Origin: Thermococcus sp. JdFR-02
GTDB taxonomy: Archaea; Methanobacteriota_B; Thermococci; Thermococcales; Thermococcaceae
Assembly (NCBI GenBank): GCA_002009975.1
Contig: MTLP01000036.1
Coordinates: forward strand, 1 to 64,000
DNA length: 64,000 nt
Reading direction: 5' to 3'
In this document: one piece after another, positions 10,279 through 21,717 of the stretch
How positions within the stretch are numbered: the first letter of the stretch is position 1
How the letters are laid out: the number at the start of each line of letters is the position of its first letter
Program-made: the position numbers and the translations under genes
Notes under the pieces: model-generated
What the model was told of the DNA's origin: nothing
The model's database searches: none
What the model saw: only the letters and a program-made list of their open reading frames with translations

Positions 10279-11613
10279 TCACTCCTTTAAACCACCTAAT
10301 GTCAAACCACTTCTAACATAATTTTGAGCAAGCATGAACATTATAAACACGGGCAAAGCAAAGATTAGCGCTGCTGCTGCAAAAGTGTTCCATGAAACCG
10401 CTCTTAAGTTTGCTAGCATTGTGAAAAGCCACACTGAGAGTGGGTGGTTTTCTTGGTTAAGCAATAAGTTTGCTAGGATAAGTTCAGTCCATCCTCCAAT
10501 AAATGCAAATATTGTAACCGTCGCAATTCCTGGCAGTGCCATTGGCAACAAAACATGACGAATTATTTGCAAATAGCTGGCACCATCAACGAGAGCTGCT
10601 TCATCGAAATCCGGAGAAATTGAATCTATGTATGTTTTTAGAAGCCAAGTGTTGAAAGGAACACCTCCTGCAGCATAAACTACTGGTAAGATGTAAAGAT
10701 TATTCACAAGATTTAGCTTAACGAGCATACCATACAAAGCTACTAATCCAGCAATTCCCAAACCGCCAGCTACTTGGGTAAACATTAGGTAAAAGTACAG
10801 GACATGCTCTCTTCCAAAGAACTTTAGTCTTGAAAAAGCATATGCTGCGGGTATCACAAAAGCCATTGTGAAAACCACTGTAAGAATTGCAAGGATTAGG
10901 CTTCTCTTCATGTAACCGAGAGCAGTTCCCCCAATTTTTGAAAATCTTACATAGTAAAAGTTATTGGTCTCTATCTCACCATTGTAGGCTTCAATTTTAA
11001 CCTTGTCCTTAACTGTAAAGCTTAGGTCATTAGCTTCATACTTGTTCTCACCCACTTTCTTGAACTTAGAAAGGTCTACTGGACTGTCATCTGGATTCTT
11101 AATCTCTATCACTACTTTTTTGGCTTTAATGTTAAGATTTCTGAGCGATCTCGTTGCTTCAAATTTACCGGCACTTAATTTTGCATACTCTCCCTTAACA
11201 AGTATTAACCTGTTCCTTTCCTCTCTTACATCTTCAGCTTTATAATCCAAAAGTTCCGCATTTATTAGGTTCATCTCTGTTGAATAGCTGGCATTCATCT
11301 TTACATCTTCCAAGGAAATCTTATAACGGTTCATCTCATCTTTAACAATAGCGTTCTCAACTGATAGAGAAAAGCTTTTAGTTTTTACCTTGGCTTCTTG
11401 ATGTCCAATTATAAGCTCCTTATAATTTTCTGCACTAATTTTGTCTGGGATTAAGTCAATTTCAGTAGTTGCAAGAGCGCCAGATGGCTTTATTGAAACT
11501 GTGAACATGTAATAAACTGGGAAGAGGATTATACCCATAACGACTATAGCAAGCAGTGTTATGAGGATGCTTTTAATAAGCTCATCTTTTCTCTTAGGAA
11601 GTTCAAACTTCAT
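10279..11613 (-). CDS. malG: Maltodextrin ABC permease MalG-type, with large extracytoplasmic insertion
   Basis: EAALVDGA motif; ~170-aa soluble insert after TM1. Confidence 0.9.
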   Translation of the reverse strand: MKFELPKRKDELIKSILITLLAIVVMGIILFPVYYMFTVSIKPSGALATTEIDLIPDKISAENYKELIIGHQEAKVKTKSFSLSVENAIVKDEMNRYKISLEDVKMNASYSTEMNLINAELLDYKAEDVREERNRLILVKGEYAKLSAGKFEATRSLRNLNIKAKKVVIEIKNPDDSPVDLSKFKKVGENKYEANDLSFTVKDKVKIEAYNGEIETNNFYYVRFSKIGGTALGYMKRSLILAILTVVFTMAFVIPAAYAFSRLKFFGREHVLYFYLMFTQVAGGLGIAGLVALYGMLVKLNLVNNLYILPVVYAAGGVPFNTWLLKTYIDSISPDFDEAALVDGASYLQIIRHVLLPMALPGIATVTIFAFIGGWTELILANLLLNQENHPLSVWLFTMLANLRAVSWNTFAAAALIFALPVFIMFMLAQNYVRSGLTLGGLKE

Positions 11614-12506
11614 TTTGTAGCACCCTCCTGTATCTTGGTTATCCTCATATTAACGTACATGAAAATGGCAAGCACCATTGTTGCAATTACCAATACAGCA
11701 GCTGCTCTTCCATAGTGCGGTATCGAAGAACCAAAGGCTTTTCTATATCCATAAAGGAGCAAGAATCTATCTTCAAACAGACCAGAGTTGTAGATGAATG
11801 GAACTAGGAAATATTGGAAGCTTGCTGCTGAAGTTAATATTGTAGCAAAAGCTATTGGTTTGCTAACTAAGGGAATGACGACTTTAAAGAGCCTTTGCCA
11901 ATAGGTAGCCCCATCTACAATAGCCGCCTCTATTAGTGTATCTGGAACTGATTGTAAAGCCGATATTATTACAGTCATCATAAAAGGATAAGCAAGCCAA
12001 GCTTCTATCACGTTCAGGGCTAAGAAGCCCCAAAACTTATCTGTAGTCCAATTTGGAGCGCCTAAAATCCCAAAATTCTTCAAAATTATGTTTATGGGAC
12101 CAACAACAGGATCGAACATAAAACGCCAAACCATCACCGAAAACAGCAAAGGCAGAGCCCACGGGATTATAAGTAAAGACCTATAAAGCAGTTTTCCTTT
12201 TACATACCTAGAGTTATAGAGAATAGCTAAGAATAATCCCACTAAAACTTTTAAAGTCACACTTGTCGCAACAAAAACCCACGTCCATACAAAAGCATTT
12301 CTAAAACCAGAATCACTTAAAGCCCAGTTAAAGTTCTCCAAACCAATAAAATTTAGCTGTTTAGTTGATTCGATGGGAAAGTTACCCAATTGAGCATTTG
12401 TAAATGCTAAGTAAATAGAATACACTATCGGATACAGGTTAAAGAACAAAAAAGCTGCTATTCCAGGTAGTATTAGGAGCATAGCAACAGTAGTCCTTTT
12501 TCTCAT
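11610..12506 (-). CDS. malF: Maltodextrin ABC permease MalF-type
   Basis: FIGLENF and EAAIVDGA motifs. Confidence 0.9.
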   Translation of the reverse strand: MRKRTTVAMLLILPGIAAFLFFNLYPIVYSIYLAFTNAQLGNFPIESTKQLNFIGLENFNWALSDSGFRNAFVWTWVFVATSVTLKVLVGLFLAILYNSRYVKGKLLYRSLLIIPWALPLLFSVMVWRFMFDPVVGPINIILKNFGILGAPNWTTDKFWGFLALNVIEAWLAYPFMMTVIISALQSVPDTLIEAAIVDGATYWQRLFKVVIPLVSKPIAFATILTSAASFQYFLVPFIYNSGLFEDRFLLLYGYRKAFGSSIPHYGRAAAVLVIATMVLAIFMYVNMRITKIQEGATK

Positions 12507-12532
12507 TCTCTCACCTCCAAATTAAAAGGAAA

Positions 12533-12558
12533 TTAAAAAAGGTTAGAAAAGAAAAAGC
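12533..12558 (-). terminator. Oligo-T tract after malE (probable archaeal intrinsic terminator/attenuator)
   Basis: Minus strand reads CTTTTTCTTTTCTAACCTTTTTT just after the malE stop. Confidence 0.45.
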
Positions 12559-12559
12559 T

Positions 12560-13957
<1,398 letters not shown>

Positions 13958-14031
13958 TCATGTTTAGATATATAAAGATGAACAAAACTATGCATCAGTG
14001 AAACAGAATAAGAAAAGAAACAAAAGAGCAT

Positions 14032-16251
14032 CTAACGATTGGCTTCAACTGAAACTTCCCCTATTCCGCTTGAAGGTGTTAGATATGCGTGGTTGCTTCC
14101 CACTTCCCAGATTCCAGTGCCTCCTAGTGGAGCTTTTAAGAATTTAAACTCTATGTAAGTATCCGCTGGGACACTTGCTACAACAAACCAATCAGGCCAT
14201 GCTGGACACAGCATCGGTCCAACAGCTTTTATTGTTTCTGGGCTCCAATAGCTCAACTCTGGAACACTGCCCGTTAGCCATAAAAATTCTCCAACTTGGG
14301 TTTCTAAATTTGTGCCTTGAGTATTCCTAACTTCAAAAATAACGGGGATTTGCTTGTTTGTTAGATATTCGAAGGCTATTCCATTTGATGTAGCTCCATC
14401 AGCCCTTTCAATTATAACATTAACATGATTTTCGTTTAGTTGAGTAGTTATTCCTAAAGGGACTATGAACTCTACACTCTTATCGCTCCAATATGTAACC
14501 TCTGCAGTCCAGTAATCTTGTCCATTTGTTATCAAAACCCTTCCTTGAGTGTCTCCAAACCCTTCTCCGCTAACTGTAACGGTATTTCCAGCCCTTCCCA
14601 TAACTGGATCAATGGCTCCTACCCAAGGACCACTTGGCGTTGCTTTGTATTGCCATACCGAGACTGAACCTGCAGGTAACTCTACAGAGAATGTGCCAGA
14701 TGAAACTGTTATCCCAACTCCATTCAAAAGCCCTCCAAGGTAGTCGTTGTAACTTCCATCTGGTAGCGATGTATAAACGTTAGAGACTACATATGGAGAA
14801 TTTAAATTGCGATTTATTGCTACTAGAACAACGTTATCAAAGAACTTTCTTTCAAAGATGTAAACGTCGTCGCTTACATATCTTGTTGTAGTTAATCCAT
14901 AAGCTAAAGCAGGATTGTAGCGTCTTAGACCTGAAAGAGAACTAATTAGTTTAAAAGCGGTCGTTGTTGTGTCCCAGGTTTCCATCATTGGTCTATTATA
15001 TGGATCACCTCCAACTTGACCAAAGTCATTTACAGTGTCATTGTGAAGATATTGTTCATCACCGTAATAGATTATTGGAATTCCTGGAGCAGTTAGAACA
15101 AAAGCAAGAGCTTGATGAAATCTTGTTAAGTCATTTCTTAAGGACAAAAATCTTGGAACATCATGGCTGTCTATGAATATGGTTAACTTATTTTGCCACA
15201 TAAAATCAGTTGTGTATTTATTAACAGCACTTTCCAGGTCCCACATAGTCTTTGTATCATAAGCAAAAACATCGACAAGAACCTGCTGGAGTGGGATGTT
15301 AATAAGGCTTATCCCCGTATAGTTTGCAAACTTGACCATATCCCAGTACATCTCATCATTGAAGCCCTGATACCACTCCCCAAACATGAACACATTTTTA
15401 TTTGCGTATACATAGTCTGCATAAGTTTTGAGCCATCCGGGCTCTAAGTGCTTAACTGCATCTATTCTTATTCCTCCAATTCCAGCATTTAAATAGGGCA
15501 ACGTTGACTCTTTAAGATAATTGTCTACCCATGGATTAAGTTGGTTGAAATCAGCCAAATTAAAGAGATTCTTATACCTAACCTCCCATCTATCGTCCCA
15601 ATTTGTTATTCCTCCATTGTGGTTGTATATATAGGCTAAGCTCTTTGTTATTGGGTGAACAGTTGCATAATTTGCATCTGTCGGATAATCAATGACAAAT
15701 GTACCATTGTCGTATAAAGCACCGTACTCACCTGCATCATTAGGATTGCTGTGATTTGGGACGAAGTCAATTATAACTGTGATGTTGTAATTAGCAGCTT
15801 CTTGAGCAAGTTTATAGAATATCGCCCAAGTTCCAAAATGTTCTTCTATGACTTTAAAGTCCTTGGGCCAGTATCCATGATAGCCTGCCTCTGGACCACT
15901 TCCACTATCAATCGCAACATCTATGTTATCAAAAACTGGAGAAATCCATATTGCACTTACCCCAAGTTCATATAAGTAAGGCAACTTTGCTATGATACCC
16001 TCTAAATCACCGCCCCAATAAAGCTTCCAGTTCTCCTTGTTTGGATCATACAATCCTGGACTTTTTAATGGATCATTGTTTGAGGTGTTCCCATCGTAAA
16101 ATCTATCCACAACTATTTGGTAGATAACCCATGTTTGAGGATCTCCTGTTGGATATGAGGGACTGACCCCTGCCGCTACTATTGAAATTTGCCCACTAAA
16201 CCCCAAAAAGAGAAGCAATACAACAAGTATACCAATCTTCCTATTTCTCAC
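14032..16251 (-). CDS. cgtA: Secreted cyclodextrin glucanotransferase (GH13 + IPT/TIG + CBM20)
   Basis: Signal peptide; IYQIVVDRFYDGN, GYHGYWPKDF, DFVPNH, GIRIDAVKH, FIDSHD and GGDPYNR motifs; C-terminal starch-binding domain; GTG start 7 nt after GGAGGG. Confidence 0.9.
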   Translation of the reverse strand: MRNRKIGILVVLLLFLGFSGQISIVAAGVSPSYPTGDPQTWVIYQIVVDRFYDGNTSNNDPLKSPGLYDPNKENWKLYWGGDLEGIIAKLPYLYELGVSAIWISPVFDNIDVAIDSGSGPEAGYHGYWPKDFKVIEEHFGTWAIFYKLAQEAANYNITVIIDFVPNHSNPNDAGEYGALYDNGTFVIDYPTDANYATVHPITKSLAYIYNHNGGITNWDDRWEVRYKNLFNLADFNQLNPWVDNYLKESTLPYLNAGIGGIRIDAVKHLEPGWLKTYADYVYANKNVFMFGEWYQGFNDEMYWDMVKFANYTGISLINIPLQQVLVDVFAYDTKTMWDLESAVNKYTTDFMWQNKLTIFIDSHDVPRFLSLRNDLTRFHQALAFVLTAPGIPIIYYGDEQYLHNDTVNDFGQVGGDPYNRPMMETWDTTTTAFKLISSLSGLRRYNPALAYGLTTTRYVSDDVYIFERKFFDNVVLVAINRNLNSPYVVSNVYTSLPDGSYNDYLGGLLNGVGITVSSGTFSVELPAGSVSVWQYKATPSGPWVGAIDPVMGRAGNTVTVSGEGFGDTQGRVLITNGQDYWTAEVTYWSDKSVEFIVPLGITTQLNENHVNVIIERADGATSNGIAFEYLTNKQIPVIFEVRNTQGTNLETQVGEFLWLTGSVPELSYWSPETIKAVGPMLCPAWPDWFVVASVPADTYIEFKFLKAPLGGTGIWEVGSNHAYLTPSSGIGEVSVEANR

Positions 16252-16271
16252 TTCATGCCCCTCCAAAAATG

Positions 16272-16288
16272 TATCACTAATAATGATA
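16272..16288. promoter_or_regulatory. TGM operator upstream of CGTase
   Basis: TATCAC-TAATA-ATGATA between the TATA box and the RBS. Confidence 0.75.
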
Positions 16289-16411
16289 TACACAAAAATA
16301 TATAAACTTTACTAACTTGTTCACTATTGTATAACTATGTGTAGTTAAGCACAAAAAATATACAATGATCATCATGAGACTTAACAAAAAGTTTCAAGAA
16401 AGAATAGAAAC

Positions 16412-18427
16412 CTACATTTCTTTAACAATAATACTAGAAAATGCCCCTAATTGGTTATTCACTTTGTTGAATAACCCACTTTGGAATAGTATTTCAAAAG
16501 AGGATGGTAAACTCAAATGCTTTTCTTTTTTTGAATAGTTGATTGCTATCAAGATGGTCTCATCATTTAACGCTCTTTTATAAACCAATAATCCATCTTT
16601 GAATTTAACTGGTTTAAAAATACCCCTTTGTAAAGCTTTGTTATTCCTTCTTAGCCTAATCAACCTTCTTGTAAACTCTAAAAGCTCTCTATCCCATTTC
16701 TCCGCTTCCCAAATCATTGGTTCCCGTTGCTCTTCCCTATCCTTCTTTATTCCCCTAATCCCAATCTCATCACCGTAGAAAATTGATGGAACTCCTTTGT
16801 AAGTAAAGAGAAAAACTAAAGCGCATTTGTATTTTTGCTTATCTTCAACCAAGCTTAAAAATCTACTAACGTCATGGTTATCCAGAAAATTGTACATTAA
16901 ATACTCGTTTGGTCCGTAGTAAACGCTCAAAAGCTCAAGCCAGTTTAAGAACTCTTCAGAAGTCATTTCTTGATATACAAAGAATCTCAAAAGAGCTTCA
17001 TACAGAGGATAGTTCATTATCCCATGGAACTTGTCAAAAATCCACAGACGAGCATCATCCATAACTTCCCCTATTAGATAAACATTTTCTGGCAAATTTT
17101 CTCTAAATTCCTTCCAAACCCTTGGAGGAACACCATGAGCAACGTCTAAACGCCAACCATTGGTTTTATACCTCTGCACCCAATAAAGACCAACATTTTT
17201 TATAAACTCTACAACCTTTGGATTGTCATGATTCAATCTTGGCATTACCCACACTCCAAAAAAGCTCTCATAATTTTTCTTTAGTTCTCTAAGTTTCCTT
17301 GACTTTTCAAGCCAGGGTAGATTTGAGTAAAGCACCTTTTTGAATTCTTCATTAATAACTGGAAATCTAATTATGCGATACCAATCCTTGTAAGCTGAGG
17401 ATTCATTATTTTGAACAATATCCTGAAAATATGGATGGAAAAAGCTTGTATGATGAAAAACCCCATCTAAAATTACCTTTATTCCTCTTTTTCTGCTCTC
17501 GTCCATAAACTTTTCAAAAGCCTCATTTCCGCCATATTTTAAGTCTACATTATAGTAATCCTCAACATCGTAGGAGTGATATGTCTTTGAAGGGAAAATT
17601 GGGGTTAAATAAATGGCATTAATTCCCAACTTTTCCAGATAGTCCAACTTGTTTGTTAGTCCCACTAAATCGCCACCATAGTGAGCTAAACGCCAGTCAT
17701 GAAGCTCCCTAATATCGTTAGGATCATATCTTATATCTCCATTTGCAAATCTATCTGGCATTATTTGATAAAAAACACTCTCATAAACCCATTCTGGAGC
17801 ATTATCTTTTCTCTTTGAAAAATCAACATTAAAGCTTCCATACTTAACCTTCTCCTTTCCTTTAATTACCTCAAAAGAGTAGCTGAGTTCACCGATATAA
17901 GGTAGGATTACCTCGTAATAATCAAAAACCTCATCGCTGGCTTTTTTATTCATTCTTAGCTTATCTTTTTTCGTAATTATGTAAACAGAATCAACGTTGT
18001 TCTTTAGGGTTCTGAACCTAATGAAAATCCAATCTTGAAAAGGATAAGCATATGTCAGGGCAGGATAATGATATAAAGCCTCTTTGCATATTCCTTTGCA
18101 GTTATTTGGTTCAAAAGAGAGCGCTTTACAAACGCTTACAGTATTTTTGAACTTATACGCTTTTCTTTCGTATTGAACTCTTTCTGGGTTTTCTTTGTCA
18201 AAGATCAAAACGCCGTTTACAGCAAACCCATAGTACCAGATACCCTCTGGAAGCTCTATCTCCCCTTTCCATTTGTCATTAATCTTTCTCATTCTAAAGC
18301 TACCCTCATTAAATGCATTAAAGCTTCCTGCAAGATAAACATAATCTGCCTCCCCTCTATAGGTGAACTCTATTTTAGCAACTCTCCCAAGATAGTCATC
18401 ATCACGAAAGCTGAGTATTTTATACAT
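16412..18427 (-). CDS. Cytoplasmic cyclomaltodextrinase/neopullulanase (GH13, N-terminal CBM48)
   Basis: YQIMPDRF, DGVFHH, GWRLDVAH, FLDNHD and YGDEIG motifs; no signal peptide. Confidence 0.92.
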   Translation of the reverse strand: MYKILSFRDDDYLGRVAKIEFTYRGEADYVYLAGSFNAFNEGSFRMRKINDKWKGEIELPEGIWYYGFAVNGVLIFDKENPERVQYERKAYKFKNTVSVCKALSFEPNNCKGICKEALYHYPALTYAYPFQDWIFIRFRTLKNNVDSVYIITKKDKLRMNKKASDEVFDYYEVILPYIGELSYSFEVIKGKEKVKYGSFNVDFSKRKDNAPEWVYESVFYQIMPDRFANGDIRYDPNDIRELHDWRLAHYGGDLVGLTNKLDYLEKLGINAIYLTPIFPSKTYHSYDVEDYYNVDLKYGGNEAFEKFMDESRKRGIKVILDGVFHHTSFFHPYFQDIVQNNESSAYKDWYRIIRFPVINEEFKKVLYSNLPWLEKSRKLRELKKNYESFFGVWVMPRLNHDNPKVVEFIKNVGLYWVQRYKTNGWRLDVAHGVPPRVWKEFRENLPENVYLIGEVMDDARLWIFDKFHGIMNYPLYEALLRFFVYQEMTSEEFLNWLELLSVYYGPNEYLMYNFLDNHDVSRFLSLVEDKQKYKCALVFLFTYKGVPSIFYGDEIGIRGIKKDREEQREPMIWEAEKWDRELLEFTRRLIRLRRNNKALQRGIFKPVKFKDGLLVYKRALNDETILIAINYSKKEKHLSLPSSFEILFQSGLFNKVNNQLGAFSSIIVKEM

Positions 18428-18450
18428 TATGACCACCCAAAGTGTTTATA

Positions 18451-18467
18451 TATCACTTTTGATGATG
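18451..18467. promoter_or_regulatory. TGM-like operator in the divergent CDase/trmBL1 promoter
   Basis: TATCAC-TTTTG-ATGATG adjacent to a TATA element. Confidence 0.65.
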
Positions 18468-18511
18468 CAACTATATGTAGTGAAGATATTTAACGTTTTG
18501 GAGGGGGTACA

Positions 18512-19537
18512 ATGAATGAGGAAGAGATAATTGAAAAGCTACAAAAATTTGGATTAACTAAGTATGAGAGCTTAGCATATATCAGCCTCCTAAAACTTGG
18601 TCCGAGCAGAGCAACAGATATCACAAAAGAAAGCGGAATTCCTCACACAAGAGTTTACGATGTTTTAAGCTCTCTTCACAGGAAAGGTTTTGTTGATATA
18701 ATGCATGGAACTCCAAGACTTTACAAACCAGTGAGTCCAGAAATTGTGCTCGAAAAATTAAAAGAAGATGTGATACGCGATATAAAGTCTCTGAGAGAGG
18801 CTTTCTTAGAATTGTATAAATCAGTTCACGGAGAAGAGCTACCAGAGATTTGGACAATCCATGGATTTGAGAACACCCTTGAAAGAGCAGAGTACATAAT
18901 AAGAACTGCAAGGCATGAAGTTTTAATAAACACACCTATAGAGTTTTTAAATCTGCTTAAAGAGGAAATTAAAAAGAGAAAAGACGTCTTGTTTGTGATA
19001 ATTAGCAATTTCGAAGATATCCCAGAGTGGCTGAAGAAGGAGAACATTATTTTAGCAAGAAGCGGCGGAGCACCTTGGTTAATGGCATCTTGGATCATTG
19101 GGGATATTGATTACGCTCTATTCTTTGGGGCATTGCCAAAAGATAAGAGAAAGGAAAAGTTTTACTCCTTCTGGGCAAAATCAGCAAAGCTAATTCAAAA
19201 CTACATGCATTGGTTCTACACAATGTACTTAGACAACAGTGAAATAGTAAAGCCACTTGAATATGAAAAATTGGGTAAACCCCTAGCTTTAGTTAACATT
19301 AGAACGCTAATAACAGTCTTGAAGTTTTTGGAGCTTCCAAAGCCAATAGAGGTTACTGGAAGATTAGTAGAGACAAAGAAGGAGATATCCATAGCAGGAG
19401 ATGTAATAAATTATGAATACACTCCTCTAACTGCCAGCATCATTGTAAAGGATAAAAAAGGTAAAGAATGGAGTGTTGGTGGCTTAGGAAGTTACTTTGA
19501 AGACATTGAAGGAGAAACATTCATATTGTTGAGGTGA
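18512..19537 (+). CDS. trmBL1: TrmB-family global sugar regulator TrmBL1/Tgr
   Basis: FGLTKYESLAY...SGIPHTRVYDVL wHTH; VGGLGSYFED sugar-binding C-terminus; context. Confidence 0.88.
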   Translation: MNEEEIIEKLQKFGLTKYESLAYISLLKLGPSRATDITKESGIPHTRVYDVLSSLHRKGFVDIMHGTPRLYKPVSPEIVLEKLKEDVIRDIKSLREAFLELYKSVHGEELPEIWTIHGFENTLERAEYIIRTARHEVLINTPIEFLNLLKEEIKKRKDVLFVIISNFEDIPEWLKKENIILARSGGAPWLMASWIIGDIDYALFFGALPKDKRKEKFYSFWAKSAKLIQNYMHWFYTMYLDNSEIVKPLEYEKLGKPLALVNIRTLITVLKFLELPKPIEVTGRLVETKKEISIAGDVINYEYTPLTASIIVKDKKGKEWSVGGLGSYFEDIEGETFILLR

Positions 19538-19540
19538 TTA

Positions 19541-20914
19541 TTGATGAAAATTCTAATGCTTGGTTTTGAATTTTTACCAGTAAAAGTGGGTGGATTGGCT
19601 GAGGCATTAACGAGCATAGCAGAATCCCTTGCTAAGCTTGGAAACGAGGTTTTGGTTTTTACGCCTTCTCATGGACTTAAAGAGGGCAAAGAGTATGCAT
19701 CATTTAAAATAAGTGTCAATGGTGAATGGAAAGAGGTTAAAGCTTATGAGAGAATTCAAAATGGAGTTAGGGTTTTTGCTTTAAGCGATTATGTGCTGGA
19801 CAATGAAGATGTATACGGACCCGGATGGGAGGGAATGTTAAATAAAATAGTCCACTTTGCAAAAGCAAGTGCTGGATTGATGAATGAGATTATAAAAAGG
19901 GAAGAAAAGCCCGAGGTTTTGCACTTCCATGATTGGCACACCGTTCTTGCTGCAGCTTTGCTTAAGAAGTACTTCCAACTTAAGAGTGTCTTTACAATTC
20001 ATAGACTTAACAAATCCAAGATACCCGCTCACTACTTACATGAAGCCAATTTAAGTGAATTAGCTCCTTACCCAGACATAGATCCAGAGCATGTTGGGGC
20101 ATATATAGCTGATATAGTCACAACGGTTAGCAAAAGCTATCTCTGGGAAGAGTGGGAGTTCTTTAAAAACTTTCAAGGGAAAGCGACTTACGTCTATAAC
20201 GGAATTGCCTGCGATTTCTGGAATGAGGAGCTTTTAGAGAACAAAGATTTGCCAAGACATGAGAGGAGGAAGATAATACTTGAAAACCTTGGACTGAAAG
20301 ACGGTATAGCCTTTATGTTCATCGGGCGTTTTGATAGAGGACAAAAAGGCGTTGATACTCTGTTAAAGGCAATTGAAATTTTAACCGAGAAGCCAGAGTT
20401 CAAAAAGCTGCGCTTTATAATAATTGGAAAAGGAGACCCAGAGCTTGAAAAACTTGCTCATGATTTGGGAAGCAAATATCCCGAGAATGTTAAGGTAATA
20501 ACTAAGATGCTAAAAAGAGAGTTCACAAGAGAGCTTTATGGAAGCGTGGATTTCGTAATAGTTCCTTCTTACTTTGAGCCATTTGGATTAGTGCAAATGG
20601 AAGCAATGTGCCTAGGAGCAATTCCAATAGGTTCAGCCGTTGGAGGTATTAAGGACACCATAGTAAGCTTAGAGGAAGACAAAGAGAATGCAACTGGTAT
20701 TTTGGTTCCTCCAAGAGATGCCTTTGCTTTAGCTCAAGCGATATTAAAAATGGCACAGATAAGGGAAGAAGATCCTGAGCTTTTGAAGAAGATGAGAGCA
20801 AATGGAAAGAGAAGGGCAAAGGAAGTATTCACTTGGGAAAATGCTGGCAGGAGATATTTAAAAGCTTACAGAAATGAGATTGATAAAGCTATTCCTTTCA
20901 TAGAGCCCAAGTAA
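19541..20914 (+). CDS. glgA: Glycogen synthase (GT5)
   Basis: KVGGLAE, HFHDWH and PSYFEPFGL motifs. Confidence 0.92.
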   Translation: MMKILMLGFEFLPVKVGGLAEALTSIAESLAKLGNEVLVFTPSHGLKEGKEYASFKISVNGEWKEVKAYERIQNGVRVFALSDYVLDNEDVYGPGWEGMLNKIVHFAKASAGLMNEIIKREEKPEVLHFHDWHTVLAAALLKKYFQLKSVFTIHRLNKSKIPAHYLHEANLSELAPYPDIDPEHVGAYIADIVTTVSKSYLWEEWEFFKNFQGKATYVYNGIACDFWNEELLENKDLPRHERRKIILENLGLKDGIAFMFIGRFDRGQKGVDTLLKAIEILTEKPEFKKLRFIIIGKGDPELEKLAHDLGSKYPENVKVITKMLKREFTRELYGSVDFVIVPSYFEPFGLVQMEAMCLGAIPIGSAVGGIKDTIVSLEEDKENATGILVPPRDAFALAQAILKMAQIREEDPELLKKMRANGKRRAKEVFTWENAGRRYLKAYRNEIDKAIPFIEPK

Positions 20915-20926
20915 CTTGGTGATAAA

Positions 20927-21382
20927 ATGAACTGTCCTTTTTGTTTTCCTTCTTTAGATGTCTTACTTTATGAGAATGATTTGATTAAAATTTTAATAGA
21001 CTCTTACCCAGCCAACAGAGGACACCTCCTAATTGTCCCAAAAAGGCACGTTGAAAAGTGGGAGGATTTAACTTCTGAAGAAAAGCAAGCCCTTATGAAG
21101 GGGATTGATTTAGCGATCGAAATTCTCAAGAAAGTTCTCAAGCCAGATGGATTTAATTTGGGTATGAACCTTGGTGAAGCAGCAGGTCAGACGGTGAGGC
21201 ATTTGCATTTACACATTATACCCAGATACAAAGGAGACTCAAACTTCCCAAGAGGAGGGGTTAGAAAAGCAGTTTTAGATATCGAAGATGAGAACTTAAG
21301 CCTAAAAGAAAAGTGGATAAAAAACAGGCTTAGCAAAGAAGAAATGCACAAATTGAAAGAGGAGTTTACAAAAATATTTTAA
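20927..21382 (+). CDS. HIT family nucleotide hydrolase
   Basis: CPFC and AGQTVRHLHLHIIPR histidine triad. Confidence 0.92.
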   Translation: MNCPFCFPSLDVLLYENDLIKILIDSYPANRGHLLIVPKRHVEKWEDLTSEEKQALMKGIDLAIEILKKVLKPDGFNLGMNLGEAAGQTVRHLHLHIIPRYKGDSNFPRGGVRKAVLDIEDENLSLKEKWIKNRLSKEEMHKLKEEFTKIF

Positions 21383-21675
21383 GGCTCGTAAACGTCTGCT
21401 TCAGCAGCATAACATAGGAATGCGAGCAACTTTTCAAGTTCTTCTTTTGTAAAGATCTTCTCTACTATTTCATCTTTGTCATATCTTTCAAGAAATGCTT
21501 TTATCTTTTTTAGTTTATCAAGATCACCTTGAAGCTCTAAAGAACGTTGATTAAACTCCCAAGCAGTGTGAGGGCTTTCAAAAACTCTATTTTGAACGTC
21601 TACAAGCTTTATGGTTAGTTTTCCTATACCTTTTTCAACCAATTCTAATAATTCCCCAACTTTCATCTTCCTCAC
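21379..21675 (-). CDS. Hypothetical helical protein
   Basis: 98 aa, charged composition typical of real genes here, GAGG RBS. Confidence 0.65.
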   Translation of the reverse strand: MRKMKVGELLELVEKGIGKLTIKLVDVQNRVFESPHTAWEFNQRSLELQGDLDKLKKIKAFLERYDKDEIVEKIFTKEELEKLLAFLCYAAEADVYEP

Positions 21676-21717
21676 AAAAGAAAATAGGAGAAAGGCTATT
21701 TATACGTAACGCTACCT